From positions 227,046,001 to 227,110,000 of the forward strand of contig NC_086097.1 in NCBI RefSeq assembly GCF_963921235.1: DNA of 64,000 bases, in the 5' to 3' direction. Source of the stretch: Mobula hypostoma (Eukaryota). The position numbers and the translations under genes were made by a program. This document shows positions 58,632 through 64,000 of the stretch, piece by piece. Position 1 is the first letter of the stretch. The number at the start of each line of letters is the position of its first letter. The notes beneath the pieces were generated by a model. The model saw only the letters and a list, made by a program, of their open reading frames with translations, had not been told where the DNA came from and ran no database searches.

Positions 58632-61095
58632 AATTTCCTTTATTTTACTGAAATACCGACACATTGGAATTTAGTTTCTCCTTCTCAAATTTCAAAGTGA
58701 ACTTAATCATATTGTGATCACTGTTCCCCAAGTGTTCCTTAACCTTAAGCTCTCTTATCACCTCCAGATCATTGCACTAAACCCAATACAGCACAGCCCT
58801 AGTGGGCTCAGCAACAAGCTGTTCTAAAAAGCCATCCCTTGGACATACTATAAATTCTCTCTCTTGAGGTCTAGTACTGGCCTGGTTTTCTCAATCCATT
58901 GCCATTAGGGTCCTTTTACCCTTGCCATTTCTTAACTCAACTCAGAGAGACTCTACACCTTCCAATCCTATGTCATCCCTTTCTAATGATTTAATATTAT
59001 TTCCTATACACAGGGCCATGCCACCCCTTCTGCCTACTAACCTTTCTTTCTGATACATTGTATATCCTTGGACATTCAGCTCCCAATGGCTCCCTTAGCC
59101 AAGTTTCAGAGATGGCCACAACGTCATATTTACCAATCTGTAGCTGAATTTCAAGATCGTACATTTTATTTTGTATGCTGTGTGCATTCAAATATAACAC
59201 TTCCAGTCCAGTATTTATTGCTTTTTTTGCCCTGTAAATCATCCCACTGGCTGTGATTATGCCTCATCTTCTGTCTGTCCTTTCTATCATCTCTGCTGCA
59301 CGCTATCTTTGATTTATTTCTGTTTTCCCCTTCCTCAGCCCTATCGCTCCAATTCCCATCCCCCTGCTAAATTAGTTTAAACCCTCCAGAACAGCTTTAT
59401 TAAACCTGCCTGCTAGGATATTGGATCCCTTTGGGTTCAGGTGTAACCCGTCCTTTTTGTACAGGTCGTACCTCCCTCAAAAGAGGCCCCAGTGATTTAG
59501 GAAGCTGAAGCCCTGCCCCCTACACCAGTCTCTCAGCCACACATTAATATGCCTGATCACACTATTCTTGTGTTGGTTAACACGTGGCATAGGCAGCAAT
59601 CCTGAGATTACTACCCTAGAGGTCCTGCTTTTCAGCTTCCTACCCAACTCCCTGAATTCTCTCTTCAGGACCTCCTCCCTTTTTCTACCTGTCATTGGTA
59701 CCACATGTACCAAGACTTCTGGCTGTTCACCCTCTCCCTTCAGAATACTCTGCACCCAATCCAAGTCATCCTGTACCCTGGCACCTGGGAGGCAACACAC
59801 CATGCAGGTATCTCTATCAGGGTGACAGAGCCTCCTGTCTGTTCCCCTCACTATGAAATTGCCTATGACCATCACAATCCTCATGCTCTTCTCTCCCTTC
59901 TGCACCACGAAACTAGCATCAGTGCCAGAGACCTGATCGCCGTGGTCGTCCTCAGTCAGGTCACCCCCCTCAACAGCATCCAAAACAAGACAACAAATAC
60001 TGAGGGGAATAGCCACAGGGGTGCTCTCTACTATCTGAGCTCTTCCCATTCCTTCCCTGACAATCACCCACTTATCTAACTCCTGCAGCCTCAGGGTGAC
60101 TAACACCTTGTAGCTCCTATCTATCCCCTGCTCACTTTCCCTAATAAGCTGTAGGTTATCAAGCTGCAGCTCCAGATCCCTAACACGGTCTCTCAGAAAC
60201 TGCATCTCAGTACACCTCGCGTAGATGTGGCCATCTGGGAGACTGGAAGATTCCCAGGATTCCCACATCTGACACCCAGAGCAAAGTACTAACCCTACAG
60301 ACATGCTCCCTATTCCTCCAAAAAAAATGCAAAGAAAAAATGAAGTCCACTTACCTCACCGAAGCCCAAATGAGCAAAAGTCCTATGACTCTGACTCAGA
60401 CCACTCCGTTGGTGACCATACCTTTAATGGTACGCTCTGCTAGTTAGTGTCTCCCTTTCATGCCTAAACCTTTCCTGCTCTCCAACTCACAATTGGTGCT
60501 CTGGTTATAGCTGAGTTTCTGCAAAGCTTTTCCCTTTTAAACTTCGCTCCCGGACCTGTGCACCGCCTCCCCTCTTGGAGCTCTCTAACTCACGATGGGT
60601 GTGCTGGTTGTTGGTTGTGGCGTGTGCTGCATTGCGATATGCAAGGAGGAAATTGACGAGTTGATGATTCAGTGTCAGTGTAGTGTATTCTGTTGACATT
60701 GCTTGCAGTACATTTTTTAGACTCTTGGACAAGCCTTTTTGACGAGCCCAGAAGAAGATGGTACCTGCGAGCAGCACAACTAAAGGCGACATCCTTCAGA
60801 CAGTTGACAAAACTACTTTGACTTTGTCTTCTTTCAAATATGATACTGCTACAATTAGAACCTGTGATTTACACTTAGATGGAGTGATTTTGGGCTGATT
60901 GAGTGATCCAGTGCTTTGCTGTCTCCGAGGGAGTTTGGTGACGTTTCGAGCAGATCTGGAGATGGGGTCCGAGCACATGATCTTGCTGATATTGCCAATT
61001 AAAGCATCGAGCAAGATGTTCAGCAGGTGCCTAGCGCTGCCTGCCTGTGTTTGACTGGTCTTTCTCTCTCTTTGTCTCCATTCAGCAATTACAGG

Positions 61096-61959
61096 TGTAA
61101 TGCCCTAGTTAAAATTTCTGCTGCTATTCTGTGAGGTATTTTATTTTAGCAGTTTTCTGTAGAAGAAGTGTGTCTTGCTGGAAAGAGTTTTTTGGCTTCA
61201 GCTAAAGATGAGGAACCATGTTGCCATGTTGTCCAACTTAGGAATGTTGTGTCAACCATCAAGATTGTAGGATGTAAGAGAATGTTCTAGAGAGCTGTGA
61301 GGAAGAGTTTTCTGAGGGACAGTAGTCTGGTTTGGGGTCCCTTGGCAGGAGCTGCAGAGCGGGACACAAGGGAAGGTGCCACAGAATGCCGTACGAAGGA
61401 GAATCCCGGTTGCAAGAAGTGCTTTGTGTAGATGAATGGCTCCAAGCAGCGGCCACTACTCCTGAGAGAGAGCCATTTTGTTCGAGATGGTCTTCAAGAG
61501 ATGTTCAGAATGTGTAGGGTGCTTTCACGTAGACCATGGGTCCAGTGTTTGAGTAAAGAGATACACCTCTGACTACTCCAGAATGAGCCTCAATGTTTAT
61601 GTACATATTGGACTGTTTAACTGTAAAGGGCCCTTTTATTTTTCTTTTTGTTTTCTGGAACTTGTTGTTAAAGTTGAAAATTTGGTAAATATGCTTTCAT
61701 TAAAATAGAAGCTGCTGTACGTTCTGTCATTTCTGGGCTACCAATAACAGTGTATGGGCAGCATTTACACAACATTCACTACAACTTATGTTCCTTAATT
61801 GCAACATCCTAATTTTCCTGTCTGGTTGAACCCCAAATCATACCAACCCTAGACGTATATTGTTTATGAAAAATGGCCTTCTCACCACTGAGTCACGTGG
61901 CTGTTAGCTGAGTTAGCTAATGAGCCAATTGGTGTACGAGCCCCAGTGAGAGGGTTGCA
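61096..61959. mobile_element. Probable solo LTR (864 bp)
   Basis: TGTAATGCCC...GGGTTGCA termini; 4-bp TSD CAGG at 61092-61095 and 61960-61963. Confidence 0.65.
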
Positions 61960-62499
61960 CAGGCAACTATACATTCCAGCCTTACTGAATTTCTTCATGA
62001 TTTCAAATGTTCTGAGACCACAATGATTTCTCTCCCCTAAATGGGAAGCTCAAACTCTCAAATTACTTTGCAACCTCATAAATGCATTTCAATAAGATAT
62101 CAATCAGAGGTATTAACTTTGTCATTGTTGGTTCATATTTAAATCAAAGTGATGTTTTCTATTTATGCACACAACTTCTTTTTCACACATATTATGAATG
62201 CATCTTGAATTAATTTTATCAGAGAGTGAACGTGTCAATGGTAACCAATTATTCCTATTTAGTATCTTTGCAGCTGCTCATCAAATGGCCTGTGTCAGAA
62301 CATTTGCAGTCAAGCACACTAATGGATGTTTTACATTAAAATGATGTAACGTAGCAAAATTATGTAATGAGGTCAGAATTGCATTTACTAATTTTGGAGT
62401 CATATGACATGGAAACATTTGCCCCCATCCTCACATCCAGGCCAACTCATTGCAGCCATCTGTGTTAATCCCATCTTCAAGCATTTGATCCATAACCTT

Positions 62500-63180
62500 C
62501 TATTCCTAGACAATTTATGTGATCAGAGGCTTCTTAATTGCTGTCAGAGATTCTGCTCCCATCCCTCTAGCTGGGATGTACAGTAAGTTTTAAGTTTTTT
62601 TTTTAGACCATAACCTTTCCCTGTATCACCTCATATTTATGAGGATTAAATACCTTATTGGTGTATTTCAGTCCATTTCACCAACATTTCAATGTCACCC
62701 TGCAACCTAAAACTATGCTCCACACTGGACTATCATTTATGAGCTCACTGATTATGCCTCCGACATCCCCATCTAAATCTTTGTATATATTACAAACAGT
62801 AATGGTCCCAGAACCAGTCTCTGTGGAACATCACTAGGTCACAGGAACCTAGGCACTGAACTACCCCTCTACTATTACCCTCCATCTCCTACTGTAAGCT
62901 ACTTTTGTATCCAGTTTGTCAACTTGCCCTAGATGCCATGGATCCTAACCTTTTGGACCAGGATCCCCCTGGGGCCTTGTCAAAGGCCTTCTGAGGTCTA
63001 TGTAAACTACACCTATTGCATTGCCCTCATCTATACACTTATTACCCCCCCCAAAAAAATCCATTTAAAACTTCGAGATCTGTCCATGCCACAGCCACGC
63101 CATACTCGTCATGTTTGATCAGTCCCTTCCTTTCCAAATGACCAGTAATCCTGCCCCTCAGAAAATTTTCCAATAACTTT
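62500..63180 (-). mobile_element. Old degraded CR1/L2-type RT fragment
   Basis: Remnants of ccttgtcaaaggccttct (KAFDK) and ggtcccagaacc..ctgtggaac (PQGSVLGP) on the minus strand. Confidence 0.55.
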
Positions 63181-63181
63181 C

Positions 63182-64000
63182 TTCAAAGTTCAAAGTTAAA
63201 TTTATTATCAGACTATATACATGTCACCACATACAACCCTGAGGGCATACTTAGCAAATTAATGGAACAGTAACTGTAAACAGGATCAACGAAAAACAAA
63301 CCGTGCAAATGCAAATATAAGTAAATAGTAATAAATAACGAGAGCATGAAATAACAAGATAAATAATCCTTTAAGTGAGACCATCAGTTGTGGGAACACC
63401 AGAAATAGAATGAGTGTAGTTATCCCCTTTGATGCCTGATGGTTGAGGGGCAGTAATTGTTCTTGAACCTGGTGGTGCGAGTCATGGGGCACTTGTACCT
63501 TCTACCTGATGGCAGCAGCGAGAAAAGAGCATGGCCTGGGTGGTGAGAATCGTTGATGATGGATGCTGCTTTTCTAACACAATGTTTCATGTAGATGTGC
63601 TCAATGGTTGGGAGGGCTTTACCCATGATATACCAAGCCAAATCAACTACCTTTTGTAGGACTTTCCACTGGTGTTCCCATACTAGGCCATAATGCAGCC
63701 AGTAAGCACAGTTTCCAGCATAGTCTATAGACGTTTGCCAAGGTTCATGATGATATGCCAATTCTTCGCAGACTTCTGAGGAAGTAGCGGTGCTCTCGTG
63801 CTTTCTTTGCAATTAGATTTATGTGATGGGTCTAGGACAGTTCCTCTGAGATAGTGACACCCAGGAATTTAAAATTACTGACCCTCTCCACCTCTGATTC
63901 TTCGATGAGAAGTAGCTCATGGATCTCTGGTTTCCCTCTCCTGAATCTACAATCAGTTCCTTGGTCTTATTGACATTGAGTGAGAGGTTGTTGTTCTTAC
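63182..64000 (-). mobile_element. Rex1/Babar-like LINE 3' portion (runs off the window)
   Basis: RKAASIINDSHHPGHALFSLLPSGRRY..TTRFKN; NNLSLNVNKTKEL at the window end; (GAACTTT)n tail. Confidence 0.75.

Larger units (their letters stand above)
53741..60606 (-). mobile_element. Full-length degraded CR1 LINE containing Tigger and RTE insertions
   Basis: Tail at 53741; RT pieces 55287-56625; APE 58640-59240; ORF1 59477-60304 (Zn finger, coiled coil, esterase-like); 5' UTR to ~60606. Confidence 0.9.
53175..60730 (-). mobile_element. Gypsy LTR-retrotransposon integrase remnant split by CR1 into 53175-53740 and 60607-60730
   Basis: LVNFLLAYRNAAHATTNN (60607-60670) continues as STALLFLGGPLHSRLDLIK (53740 downward), then TGGPLSY..WRQHINQMR. 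Confidence 0.75.

Overview
Vertebrate genomic DNA made almost entirely of nested transposable elements. I could not identify a host gene. The mix of CR1, Penelope, Rex1, Tc1 and hAT families suggests a cartilaginous fish (inference). The main feature is a full-length ~10.3-kb class I (fish epsilon/gamma-like) endogenous retrovirus on the minus strand (10261-20566). It has ~95% identical LTRs, a TGAC target-site duplication and a tRNA-Ser(CGA)-type PBS. Its gag and pro-pol are disrupted, but its 544-aa env is intact, and it sits inside an older solo LTR. Two parts of the provirus stand out. (1) The 5' leader holds seven tandem RNA modules whose divergent copies keep the same three-way-junction fold through compensatory substitutions. 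(2) A two-HxT-motif (2H phosphoesterase-like) domain lies between protease and RT. The window also has a full-length CR1 with an inverted 5' end (twin-priming geometry), a Penelope fragment with a minimal hammerhead ribozyme, two hAT derivatives, Tc1 and Tigger elements, an RTE, Rex1-like LINEs, a tRNA-derived SINE and a split Gypsy integrase. All calls come from manual reading, with no database searches. Boundaries of degraded elements are approximate.
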